A stretch of DNA of 56,309 nt, counting the filler, from Bipalium vagum (lineage: Eukaryota), in assembly GCA_037834085.1 (NCBI GenBank). It is 3 parts of 3 records of this genome, joined end to end, with 100 filler letters (N's around TTAATTAATTAA, not from the genome) between each part and the next. Parts side by side here need not be neighbours in the genome. Positions count along the whole stretch, not along the records: positions 1 to 17,607 come from JBBMKC010059288.1; 2 more parts are not named here. One strand, 5' to 3'. Under the pieces are notes generated by a model, which saw only the letters and a list, made by a program, of their open reading frames with translations, searched no databases and was not told the DNA's origin. This document shows positions 1-12,805 of this stretch, piece by piece. The position numbers and the translations under genes are program-made. How positions within the stretch are numbered: position 1 is the first letter of the stretch; every line of letters begins with the position of its first letter.

Positions 1-199
1 CATTATATCTTTTTGCTTCAAAACCTTTGTCATTTTATGCAGATGGTTTTAAAAAACTTCCTGACAGGTGGAAAAAGTCTGTAGAAAACGATGGTAATTA
101 TTTTCATGAATAAATGTTTCATATCGATTTCATTCGCTTTTTATTTTTATATTTACATAATATTTATTAATACGCACGAACTTATGGACTGACCTGATA
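1..199 (+). mobile_element. 3' end of a mariner transposon (transposase C-terminus plus right TIR)
   Basis: Translation FASKPLSFYADGFKKLPDRWKKSVENDGNYFHE* (stop 111-113) matches the typical mariner C-terminus. A TIR-like ACGCACGAACTTATGGACTGACCTGA (172-197) is followed by TA. Confidence 0.85.
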
Positions 200-672
200 T
201 GTTGATTTAGGGGAAGAAGACCTGCGCAGCCGATGAATTATTTGTCTATATTTTCATATTTCTACAGCGCACCCCTGCCAAGTCGAAGATCGATGAAAAG
301 ACGAGCCGATGACAGGCGAACACTTACAGACGGACAAAAAGAATATAGTTAAAACTGATAGCATAACAATCACTCTGACAGACGGAAATGAAGAGATTTT
401 TTAAATAAATGTTGTATTTTTTAAAAAGAAAAAATTCATTTTTCTCAAGGAATTTTGAAAAAGAATGTTTTTGTCAAAAAAGGACAAAATTGATTATAGA
501 TTCAAAAGCCAAAAAACTTCAAAATAATTAAACAAGAAATATCGATTTTGAATTCACCAGACAAACTATAATTCAGATAGACCTTCAAAAGTTGTGAATA
601 AGAAATTTATTACGCGATATGTAAAATAAACAAAATAAATTCATATTTACAAAGGGGACTCAAAACTCTTAC

Positions 673-3600
673 CTCGTGGTTTTGGGATATAAAATTGATT
701 ATATCTTTGGCTAAATTTACAAAAGACTGAGCGAGATTAATATTTGGTAAATCGTAGGAAATGCTCAAAGCGCTACTTTTACGACGGAATGATGATCTGG
801 AAAGAGGATTTAAAAGGATTCATTTTTCAATGAAAAATCGATTTACTTGTTAGTTAAATCTTGGATATCGATGTGAACTCGAGACTTGTGAAAAGTGATA
901 TGATTGATTTCCGGCCACGCATATTTCTGTACATTTTTTATAGTATCAATTACAACTACAAATTATGATGGTGCTATGAATGAAATTACATCACAAAAAC
1001 AATGTTGAAGATAATGATGTCGGTGATTTATTTTTTGTTGTTGTCTGTGAAAATTCTATCCAATACCAATTAGTCAATAAAAAAAACAAAAAAGTTGAAA
1101 TATGAACAAACCGCGTTCCAGATGTGAAAAATATTTGTTGATTAAAATTTTTTCTGAAGCAAATTAATTAACGAAAACAAAATTTAAATTGCAAAAAAAT
1201 CGAAAATTAATTAATTTTTACAGAAACATTTTATATTCTGTCATTTATGATTAGAATTTAATCTAAAAATAAACTTTCTCATTGAAAGTTTTCACTTGAG
1301 AATTTCAAAAAACTAAATGAACTTCTTGAATGAGAATAACTGTAGGTGGACATATTTTGCTTCTCTAACAAAAATTAGACCATTGGAAATTTTTTTCACG
1401 ACAATTAAAATAATATAAATTAATTATTTAATAATATAATTAAATTAGAAGTTTATAATACTCCATCTAATAATGACTTTAATCAATAATATAATAAAAT
1501 AGTTAACGTCAATGATGTTCAACATGAAAGTTCATAAATTTATGATTGACAGATCATTTATAAAAATATCTCAATGAAAAGAAACTATGGGTGGGTAAAG
1601 GAATTTATCTGTTTTATCGATTTTCCATTATTTAAAAAATCAAAGAGAGAATAATCAGAGATTTTTGTAAACATTTCAATTTATTCAAGAAACTGATAAA
1701 ATAAAATCAATGAAAAAAATTTTAAAATTTCTCAATTCTGAAACTTACATGTCTGGTTAAACAGGGTTTTGATAAAATATCGATCCGTTAATTGATAGAA
1801 TTAATATATTTCACAAATAAAATCCAATAAATTAAATAAGATATCCGTCAGATTTGTCTTGTCTTATTTTGTATCTCTATTGTGCGTCACGCAGATGAAA
1901 TTCTAATAATAATCACAACACAGCACTACGACAGTTAATATAATAATAAAGATAGCACTTCAATCACAGGCTCACGCACACAAACCATCACACACAAGCG
2001 AGTATTCAAAAAGAAACGAATTCCTGCAAACTACAACCGAGGCACACAAATTTTTTGTCACTGTTATTTCAAGTGTTATCAAATGACTTTTATCATCCTA
2101 GCAAAACCATGAGATTTTTAAGCAAAACTGACCAATTCGATAACAAAAAAGTTTAACTTTTTCCCGTTTTATCAACCAGGCGGAACCATACGTTTATTGA
2201 ATAACATTTTAAAAAATGAAATGAGCAATTTAACGAATAAAATAAAAATTAAAGAGGTAGAAAACTTACCAATTTGCTTATGAACCTATTACTCTTATCG
2301 CTTTCAGAAAATCCATTATTATTTATACCAATAGTAACTGTGGAGGAACTGAAGTTCTAGAAAATAATTATGCACAATAAAAAAAACTAATAACTAATAA
2401 TAATTTATTAGAAATTAATTTAAAAATCTTTATCAGAAAATTTTGATTGAATTCAAACAATAAATGTTTTTCTTATTTGTATATTCTTTTCGTTTTACTT
2501 TTATTATTATTATTATGGATTGTAAAAAATAAGATAAGTTGATAAAATCGCTATTTGAAAAATAAAAATTAAACGGAAAATATTAATAAGTTCCAAAACC
2601 TAAAAATTGTTTTAAATAAATTGATTAATTTTCCTTTTTACTGAACCAAAAAGAACACATTCTTCATATTTATGTCAGGTCACAGAATACCAAAATATAG
2701 TAAAGTCATTTGTCATTATCAATGTTTCAAAAATTTATTTCATTTCCTATAATAAAACTGGGTACTGATCTCAGGTGAAACTTTATTTTGAAGACACAAC
2801 TACACCAACTTATCTTCACCATTTCGCTTAACTCATCACATTTTGTTGATCTTAATATATCGATCAAACAGTTTATTCTCATGTCTGCTCGCTCACATTC
2901 TCATTCAATATCATCAAATGGAGAGAACACCACACAACAAAAAACCAATTACACGATCAAAGCTTGGACACCAGACATCAGTTCATCGGCTAAACATGGA
3001 TTGTCTTAAATATCAGGAAAAACTAACTCATTTTATTCTATTATTTCTTTAAAACATAAATCACGGTGAAGAGAAGAAATTTTTCGATTTTTATCTTTAC
3101 CAACTAAATTTAAACTAATTTATTTGATGAGTTTATTATTAAAAAAAATATACTATAATATTACATTAGGAAATGAATCTTTTATATTTGATAATGGAAA
3201 CTTGGAAAGAGAACACTTATCTGTTTCGATGATTTTCATTACATTTTTAAATTTATCGTGCTAAAAAATATTAAAATGACCTCTAAAAATAATTTTTAAA
3301 AATCGATAATTTTCGATTCAATTTTAATCATCTATCAACTCAAAGATCGAATGTACTAATTTTTGTACAGATTTATTAAAAAGTTCCAATTTCACATAAT
3401 ATTTTCGAACATAAATTATTGATTTATTTTATATTATTGTTTAAAAAATCAATTTATAAAAGGAAAATAGAAAAAATATTATATTTTTCAGAAAATCTTA
3501 GCCTTTATACTTTATTTTATTTTCAAAAGGAATTAATCAATAAAACAAAGAATTTCCAACCACCGGATGGAACTAGGATTTTCTAAGTGATTTTTTTGCA

Positions 3601-6600
3601 CGTTCTTTCTGATCTTTTACATATTTAAGATCGCAGACCTTTTTCCTAGTTATAATCTTTTTTATATAATATCCTTTTCTCAGCATCTGATATTGTGGAA
3701 TTTCAATGTTTAGTGCTAGATGTACATTTGTGTTATTATTACCTTTATAATGAATCTAATAAAAAAACTTCCTCTTTAAGGTGTTCAATTTTTATTTTCA
3801 AATATTTATTTTTTCAAAGTAATGTCCAGTACTAATTATATAGATTTTAAAACGATCATTCCACTGTTCGTAACAAGAAACTCTTCCTTGACTAAATTTT
3901 TCATATACTGATAATGACTTTTTCAAGCTGACTTTAACTTTCATAACTATAAGTTGATCTTTTAGTCTACCAAGCAACCAAAAATAACGTGAAAATGGAT
4001 CATAGATGCAAGGTAGGTGAGACATATTATTACTTTTCGAACAATCCGCATAAATAACAATATCTTAATAATTAAAATAAAATTCTCGTAAATATATTAT
4101 AATGTAAGCAGACTCGTCCAAGTGCCACACCTAAATGTATATTGATGTAGCTGGTCATTTTTCAATTAATTCAAAGAGCAATGTGTAATGCTATAAAAAT
4201 GCAACAACTCATCATGCGACTAAGTCAGACTGATAGAAACACAATTCAACGGAAATTATTTATATCGATTTTACCCTAACTTTAATTTTGAAAAATCAAT
4301 TTATTTTTAAGCTTTAAATATTTTTATACAAGAAATAAAATCAATGTGAATATGAAAGTAATCATTTTTCCGTGTAACACAAGACAAAAATATCTCAGAT
4401 ATAATTAAAGACATTTCTATTTTTGGTCTCGAAACTTTCTCAAAACTTATCGCAATTTTAGGAGAATAATATATTAAAGATCACTTTTTCATTATCGTTA
4501 CATAATTTTGATTTAATTGTAAACAAACGAGAATAGAAAACGTAATACAAATAAATGATAACCTTGGCACAAAAATAATGAGTCAATTGAAAGGGGATTT
4601 CCAACACGCCGACAATAAATCTAGAAAAATATTTTAAAAACATTCACTTTCCTCTAATATCACAAAACGCTAACCTTTTCATTATTTCTTCTTTCGAAAT
4701 CGTTTCCAGATCTTTGTAATTCAACAAAATTTGTTCAATGCTTAATTTTATAAAGAGAAAAAATAAAATATTGAATAATCTAAAGTATACCAATAATTAA
4801 TTGAAGGATGTTTTGCGAATAATTGGGCTGATATGATGTTCATTTTTTGTATTTCTTCATAACTATGAAATTAATAATACAATGTAAAAATACAATTGAA
4901 TGTGAGATCTTTAAAATAAATTCTGACTTTATACATTACGCCTTATATACAGTATTAGGTTTTACAGAAATTAATCAGAGTTTAATAAAGATGAGTCCCA
5001 CACCAGACCTCTTTCACTTTTTACAGTGTTCATTTTACTACATGTGTTCTGGTGTAGTCAAATAACAAATTTTAAAATTTTATGATGAAAATGGATATTG
5101 ATTAATTTTAATTTTTTGATGCATACATTCCGATCAGATGCAGTAAACTTCTGGTTATATTGATTCACCGAAATTCATTACACCCTCAACTGACATCATC
5201 ATAATGTTATAAATACTTTTTTAGATGTAAACTAGGTTTTTTGACAAGAATTTTATCTCTCCATTCTTGTGAACATTTACGGTTATTATAAAGGAAAAAA
5301 AGTTCAACAAATGGATCAACCTTAAAATTGTTTTATGCCTGTGATGAAGTTTGGAGGTGGTTACGTTTGGCTATGCTTTGGAATAGAAAATGTTGGCCAA
5401 TTGCACAAAATATAAAGAACCATAACAAAAGATGTTTATAAGGATTTTTGAAAAAGATCATGAGGTCATCTGGAAGACGTTTATTTCCAGATATATATAT
5501 ATATATATATTCATGACAATGATTCCAAACATACCAACAAAGATGTACAAAACCTCTTTGGAGTTAGAACAGATGAATATCCTCCATGTCATGGAATGGT
5601 CTCCTCAATTACCAGATCTTAGCTCTATTGATTTACTGTTGGATGAATTGGACAGAAAAATTCGGGAACAGCCATCTTTAGCGAAAAGTCTTTGGGAGAC
5701 ACTATAAGTACAATGGCTTGCAATAACACCAAAAATTCTACGGAAATTGCTTAATCATATGTTGAGGATTTGTGTAGCTGCAATTAAAACTCACGGAGAC
5801 GACTTTGGTGGTCGATATATAAAATATGCAATAAATATTTTTTCTTCATACTTAAAATAAATGTGAAAAGGATTGTTAAATTCTAATATAAGTGTAAATA
5901 ATTTAGCTGTAAAACATTTGTCATGAAAAAAGTGTTCTATTTATGTTATATTTAAAATTCTATCTGCCTAATACTTTTGATGGGTAGTGAATGTATCAAA
6001 TGACAATTCTACGAATATTGTTTACAATTTTTTTATTCCAAAATAATTTCTAAAAATCTAATTATTTTCCGAACAACCAAACAATGCTTAGGACTCAAAA
6101 TTAAGTCAATGAATATTACAAATTTGTTTTTCTAAACTTAATGCAGTGATAAAATGAAATAAATCATTTTAAATTTATTTGATTTTCTTTGTTAAAATAG
6201 ATGTTATATTTGTTTGAAAAAAACCGTTTATGCGACACATTTAAATTTAAAATATAATTTGATAATTCTTATTGAAACCCTAATGGTATAACAAATAATC
6301 AAATAAGACAATGCTTTTTTTTTAACTATGTCCAAGGCACCAAAGCTAAAGAAGCCTCACGAAAGATTCTGAAAATCTATCCCCATGAAGGATTTCCTCT
6401 TAACCAATACGAAAACTGGTTTAGAAAATTTAAGGAAGGTAATAAAAGTCTTGAAGATCTCCAGAGAACAGACTCTCCATCCCTTATCGATGTGACAAGC
6501 TAAAGCGGTTGATTTATGAAAACCCGAAACAAAGTACTGAAGAATTGAACACATTTTTCGATTATCATGCGGAGACGATAAGACTTCATTTACATGAAAA

Positions 6601-9600
6601 GGGGAAATCGTAAAGGCCCGGAAGATGGGAACAATATGCTTTATCGTACAAAATAAATCCATGTTGGTTACAGTGTGTAATAAAAACATTATTGCGCTCT
6701 TTAAAAAAAGCTCCAGTTTGGGTTTATTCTTCAGCATGACAGTGATAAACCCCGATGACAATAGAAATTAAGAGAACTGGGTTCATAATGAGACGAAAAA
6801 ATTCGATATTTCTCATTTTTATTCGTTAAAATAATATTTTATTAACATTATAGATATGTATTTGTTTGAAACTTTTGAATCATTGATATTCAGTTTCAAT
6901 TGTATATTATTTATCAGGTAAATAAAATAAAAGATCTGTTAAAATTTTATTATAATTAAGTAAATTCGTGTTAATTAATTATAATTATTATAATTTAAAT
7001 AATACTTTTAAATTTTTCCTGAAATATTGACTGAACATAATTTTAATTCTTATTTAATTAAATAATTTATAATATCATTAATAATAATTATTTAAAAATC
7101 AATAAATTCTATTTTTTCAATTTAGATTTCATTTATTGACAACATCATTTTGAATTAAAATTTCGAAGATCCATCTGTTTTTTCATAAACAAAGAATATT
7201 TGTTTCAAGTTTTGAAAACACGCGAATTAAAATATCTCATATTCTGGCAATGAATAATTTGTATTAATCATTTATTCAATATTATTTTAAAATATAAATT
7301 CAAATCTCAAAATATTTTAACGGTATAATAATCAGTTAATCGAGTTTAATTTAGATTCCACGAACTATTATCGATCCTAAAATAATTTTAATAATTAATA
7401 TTTTATGAAGTATTAGAATTAATATTTAATTAAAATTTATTTTTAAGAGGTTTTCAAGTCTACATTTAAAATTTTCTTCGATCATTTCGATTAATCAACT
7501 TTGTACTAATCTCGTTACAAGAATAATCATTGCAGAAAAGAAAATTATTCAAAACGGTGCGAGAAGTTCTTTTGAATTACCATCAAAATTTACGTATTAA
7601 AAAACAATGAATCAAAATGACCCTATGTGGAGGTTTGCCTCAATTTGTTACAATTGTTATGTTCATTATAATTTGACAATCGATGTGATTTATCCACGTA
7701 TAAATTTTTGACATTGTCTATTTGAGAACATGAAAAGTGCTATTATTAAGAGCGATTTCAAATGTCAATTCCAGTTTCCGTAATCTGGGAATGATGGAAT
7801 ACATTAAAATCTCACTTATTAATGACAGACCACCCGTCATCGATTTTTTAACTGCTGGCTTTGAAGATATAATCGAGATACGTTTTAGAAAATAATGTGA
7901 CATAAAAATGATATAAATGTTAATATATAAGCGTAAATATCAACGTGCATATATTAATCTTTATTTATGAAAATTGAATACATTAGTGTAACCTTATTAG
8001 TTTCGAGTTTGGCTGATATTAGTAATAGTAAAAATTAAAATAACCAATTATCTGATTTACCCATAATGAAGTACTTTGCGATATTTACCAACAATATATT
8101 ATTTATTTCCAATTCAAAATTGAAATGAAAACCGAATTTGGTCACATTTTCTGAAACTTTTATTAAAACAGCTGAGGTAAATTATGTGGTTATGGCATTA
8201 GAAAAGTTTGTCCAGTCTGATTAATTAAGATTTATCATTTCGCATACACATGTTTATTTATTTTTTATGTATTTCTGTCTAATAATTTAATTCTGTAATA
8301 TTAATAATGAAAACCACTGGACTGTGATATTTTTATCAGAATTTATCGATTTCATATAAAATATTTTATTTACATTTGAACGAAACAATAATGTTTATTT
8401 AGGTTAAAAAAACAATCAATATTTTAAGCACAGTTTTTAGATTTTAATTATTAATCACCTTAAATTAAATTTAATAAAAGGTGATTACGAATAATTTTCT
8501 CAAGTCTAAATTGTAAGCAAAATCGTTCAGCATTTTCTCTAACGAAAAGGTTCATTGATATTAAAATAGAATAGTAAAAAGTGCTATTAAATGTTTATTG
8601 ATCTCTGGAAGTTTCCTTTGACATTTTAATGATTCATTTACGTCAGTATTTCGAAACGATTTATCGATCAATATTTAAGAAAATAATTATTTCTAATAAA
8701 ATTATCTGATAGTGACATCTGTTATCAGCATCATAATTAAATAATCAAGAGGTAAATAAAAAATTTCTGTTTAACTAACCACAACTAAACTTAACTTAAA
8801 ACGGTTGTATAAAAAATCGGACTAAAAATATTGCAAAATATTAGTTTTAAAATTTTTATTATTTTTTAAAATTATTTTATTCTGATTGGTTGTTTAAGTT
8901 ATTTTAAAACTATCATTTTAAGTTCTCTTATTACTTAATTTTTATTCAATTCATAGATTTAAATTACTGAAAACTTTTATGAGTGTTTAATATCTGAAAA
9001 ATATAACTTTAATTTTTAGGTACGGTAGTATTCTTTCATTCAGACTTTTCTTTTTGCTTGATGATTAAAAATCAAAAATTTATTTTATGAAAAATTTTAT
9101 TAAAGATATTTTGAAGCTTCTATTTAAGTGACTTTTATTTGATCATATTCATTAATATCAATAAGTTTTAATTAAAATATTTTATTTATTTTTAATATTC
9201 AAGTCAGAAGTTGTATATTATATTATTATATTTATATATTATTATATTATATATCATTTTCATTTCAATAACAACTTTTACAGTTAAAAACATCTTTTTG
9301 TTATGTTGAATTTATTTTATAAATATTTATTGAATTTACCAGATTTCTCTTATTTAAAGTAATTTTTATTAATGTAGTTTTTCATATCTTATAGAAAATG
9401 ATTACCTTACGAACATTTACTTTCATAATCCAATTTGATGATAACTACACAAAGTTTTAGAAAAACTGTTATTCTTGCTACATTATTGTTATTTTTTGGT
9501 ATTATGGATATTATGCCAAAGCGAACTAAATTAGTAATACTTAATGCTTCAATTATGTGACGAAGGCTGCTGGAAATTGACCGGAAAGCACACAGGCCAA

Positions 9601-12600
9601 TAAAGAAGCAATTATTAACAGTTCCCATGAAGAAAAGCCTGATTTGGACCAAAGAACACAAAATGTGGTATGCTGAATATTTTAGAAATAATTTTCTCAG
9701 ACGAGACGGAGAAATGGTGAACCCATTTATCAGATCATACACAATAGACATCTAAACATGTTATAAAGGAGATTTTTGGGTATCTTAGCTGCAAGGGTAT
9801 CTTAGTACCATTGAAATGCATGATGAATCAAGATAAATACATTGATATTCTTTTGAGAAAGGTGCTTACAGAGTTATCAAATTTGTATCCGAGTGGAAAC
9901 GATATTTTTCAACACGATTTGGCGACGTTTCATACTGCTAGCAGAACCATTATTACAACAAATCAATAAACGCCTGCTTTCCTGGCCATAAAATAGTCCT
10001 GATTTAAGTCCAATGGAAAATGTATGGTCAATCATCCAAAGAATATTGCAATGATATGATTGTAGGACATTACCAAAGCTAATACTTCTATTAATCATAT
10101 CTGGAATTATGACGAAAGAACTCAAAGAAAATGCTGCAAGCTAGTTAATTCAATGCCAAATCCTATCAAAAGTTTAATAGCGACATACGGTGGGCAGATT
10201 ACTAAATGTAGTGATATTATTAATTTTGTGTATTTTTAGCTTTTTAAAATCTTGTGTGAGATTTCGTCTGTCCAAATTAATTTGCACAGCACTGTATTTG
10301 AATTATGTGTTTATTTACAAAACGAAATACACATTCAAAATACTTTGTTCATAACAGACAATATGAAATAATGTTAATGGTTTACTATATTCCATACTAG
10401 TTACATGTTATGAAATAATATTATTAATAAATTAATGCATATTGAAAAAAATTTATTCAAATTGTCTTGATTAATTGAATTTAATTGAGTCAGTTAAACA
10501 AATTTTAAATTTTCATAAAAAACCCCTTGAAAAAAACTATATTAATTCAAAATTTTATTGAATTATAATTATTAAAACAGATTTTATAGTATCAAAATTT
10601 TATATCAGTAAGTGAGACACTTTCACTATTATTACACAATTTAATTTTTATTATGTTGTCCCAAAAAAATCGATTTTTGTTATTAAGACTTAAATGAAAC
10701 ATTTTTTTGTTTGAAGAGAAATGAAATAATTCATTATTATTTTAAAATTCCATTAACTTTTTAAAAATAACTATGAAAAACATTTTTACAAAAAATTTTT
10801 TAATAATTTTTAAACCTCAAATATAATTGTAACAGATGAGATTTTATTAATTTTACGATATTATTGGAAAAAAAAATTTCCAAAAGTCCTGATACAAGAG
10901 GACAAGTATTAGGTGATTTGCAAAATCACCAAATCTGGTGACACCAGCCTTCAACGTCAACCCGCTTGTGGAAAGGTGAAAATATCTTGAAAATATTTTG
11001 ATGAAAATATCTTGAAAGAATCTGTTGAATCCAAGCCGTCTGAATCAATTCGTCAATTAGTTCTTCAAAATCCACCACGACCCAAAGACATATATATTAT
11101 TTTGAGGAAACATATAGAGATCCTCGAATCGACAATTATGAATTATCGGAAAGTCAGGCAAATATTCATTTGAAATTTGTAATTCACTTTAAAAATTCAT
11201 TTGCTATCGATTTTTTAAAACAATTGTTGTCATTGATGAAAAGTTGGTCTTATTTAATTTTTAAAACAGAAAATATCAATGGTTATCTACATGTGAGCCG
11301 CTCGATACTTTTCCTAAAGTACAGTGATTTTTAAAAAACTTATGCCCATTTTTGGAACTGTGGAAATCCTCTTTGAATTTCTGCCGGAAGATAAAAGTTT
11401 AAACTCCCAATTGAAGAAAATACATGAAGATTTGACAAGAAAAGTGTCCCTCTGTAATCCATCAGAAGAAGATTTTATAAAAAGTGGATAACTCAAAGCC
11501 TAATATTTCATAAAAATTAATGACATCTATATAGTCTTTGTGGAACTAAGCAACTATTACATACGTCGTACTCCAGTATAAAAATGGAATACAAAAGATA
11601 ACCGAGAGTTGGGGTCTTGTCTGTCAAAATAATGGATTTTATTTTTGTTCGTAAATTGTGCCTAGTAAAAAAAGCTATCATTTGAAAGTTTAATAAAAAG
11701 CGTCATTTTTTATGGGACAACAGAATTATAATATAGTAATTACGCTAAAACATTAATTCCTTTTTAAATTTAAATTTTTTTATTTAATTTTGTAATATTA
11801 ATAAATAATAATAAAATTTAATTATTAAACTAAATTATATTTTTCAAGTTATTTATTATTAAACTTACATTTATTATTACCCTTTATTACACTTACATCT
11901 TTAATGTTTGAGCAGATATAACCTTTAGATAACTAACATTAAACTATCACTTTTCACAAGATATATATCAATTTCTTCAACTGTATTTTATTTTTCTTGG
12001 AATGGTGATTTTTTCACTTTTAATCTTAAATTAATTCGCATTAGGATGAATAAAGAATAATATTGGATATTTTACATCTGTACGAGAAAGATAATCTATA
12101 TTTTACTTGAATTATTTCATTCACTTTTTGAAATTATTTTTATTTGAAATTTTATTTTTATTTGATCCAATAAAAGCTGCATAAAGTTTATTAATTTGAA
12201 TTACCGACTTTTGAAAATATATTGCTTTAGATTATCATTTTAAGCAGTCATCACAACACGACTGACATTACAGCTTGAAATAATTTGTTAAAAAATTAGT
12301 TAAATCTTTCAATGTTATAATTAATCGCAAAAGTAATTCCCATGCTCTGTTTCCTAAAAGTTTCGAGTCATTGCAACAATTAAACTCTAATTATGCATTG
12401 TAGCCCGAGAACATTTAATCTTAATGGAGGGAGACCTGAATAATTTTGTCAAATAAGCCGAAATTTAAATTTATTTTAATTCTTGACTATCGATTTATTT
12501 CGTTTCACAATTGGCTGCTTAAGTGACATTAGATAAGATTGGAAATATACTTCCAAAACAGAAACCCAATTATTATTAAATAAATGATCATTGGCTTTTG

Positions 12601-12805
12601 CAATCTTTTTGCACATGAATGTCGAAACACTATTTCAAAATTATTGATGTCAGAAATTTATTATCGAAATACATTTATTAATAAATAGAATGTTCAAAAT
12701 CAAGTGAAAAAACCTTTTCAGTTTCCTACTGCGGTCACCAGCGCCGCCACCGGTAGCCTCATCATCTTCATTGTCGTGGTCCTCATCGTCCAATCGTAGT
12801 GTCAT
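673..12805 (-). CDS. 5' part of an unidentified protein-coding gene (exon 12805-12714, exon 796-673; continues off the left edge)
   Basis: gccATG at 12805 with an in-frame stop upstream. The exon reads MTLRLDDEDHDNEDDEATGGGAGDRSRKLK and ends in phase 2 at AG|GT. The exon at 796-673 (ttccag| ... |gtaag) is open only in the matching phase: (R)SSFRRKSSALSISYDLPNINLAQSFVNLAKDIINFISQNHE. Family not recognised. Confidence 0.55.
4960..5210 (-). mobile_element. highly decayed mariner transposase fragment
   Basis: Minus-strand translation DYTRTHVVK*TL*KVKE resembles mariner HDNARPHVAKxTxQKLxE. Upstream GESI..EVYC resembles GETIxAExYC. Many stops. Confidence 0.45.
5280..5989 (+). mobile_element. Tc1-family (DD34E-like) transposon relic, 3' half
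   Basis: KFGGG..W.CFG, HDNDSKHT (about QDNDPKHT) and MEWSPQLPDLSSIDLLLDELDRKIRE (about WPPQSPDLNPIExLWDELDRKVR). TIR-like end TGCCTAATACTTTTGATGGGTAGTG at 5965-5989. Confidence 0.85.
6300..6790 (+). mobile_element. mariner transposase relic (N-terminal HTH region)
   Basis: Plus-strand QGTKAKEASRKILKIYPHEGFPLNQYENWFRKFKEGNKSLEDLQRTDSP matches the mariner WFxKFKxGxxSLEDxxRSGRP motif. The listed minus ORF 6357-6761 is its antisense shadow. Confidence 0.75.
9500..10294 (+). mobile_element. Tc1-family transposon relic
   Basis: IIFSDETE, FQHDLA..HTA and WP*NSPDLSPMENVWSII. Right TIR TGTCCAAATTAATTTGCACAGCACTG followed by TA (10295-10296). Frameshifts and stops throughout. Confidence 0.85.
10654..11722 (+). 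mobile_element. decayed mariner element with both TIRs
   Basis: TGTTGTCCCAAAAAAAT at 10654 and its near reverse complement ATTTTTTATGGGACAACA ending at 11722. Internal IDEKLVLFNF..RKYQWLS resembles mariner GDEKWILYDN..RKxQW. Confidence 0.75.

Noticed and set aside
2788-3052. Short plus-strand ORFs (73 and 69 aa)
   Set aside because: Non-ATG starts and no recognisable domain; more likely UTR or regulatory sequence inside the large intron.
3540-4260. Possible decayed DNA-transposon ORF (minus strand)
   Set aside because: Only vague similarity; no catalytic motif could be established.
7500-7900. Possible hAT dimerisation-domain relic
   Set aside because: Resemblance too weak to support without a search.
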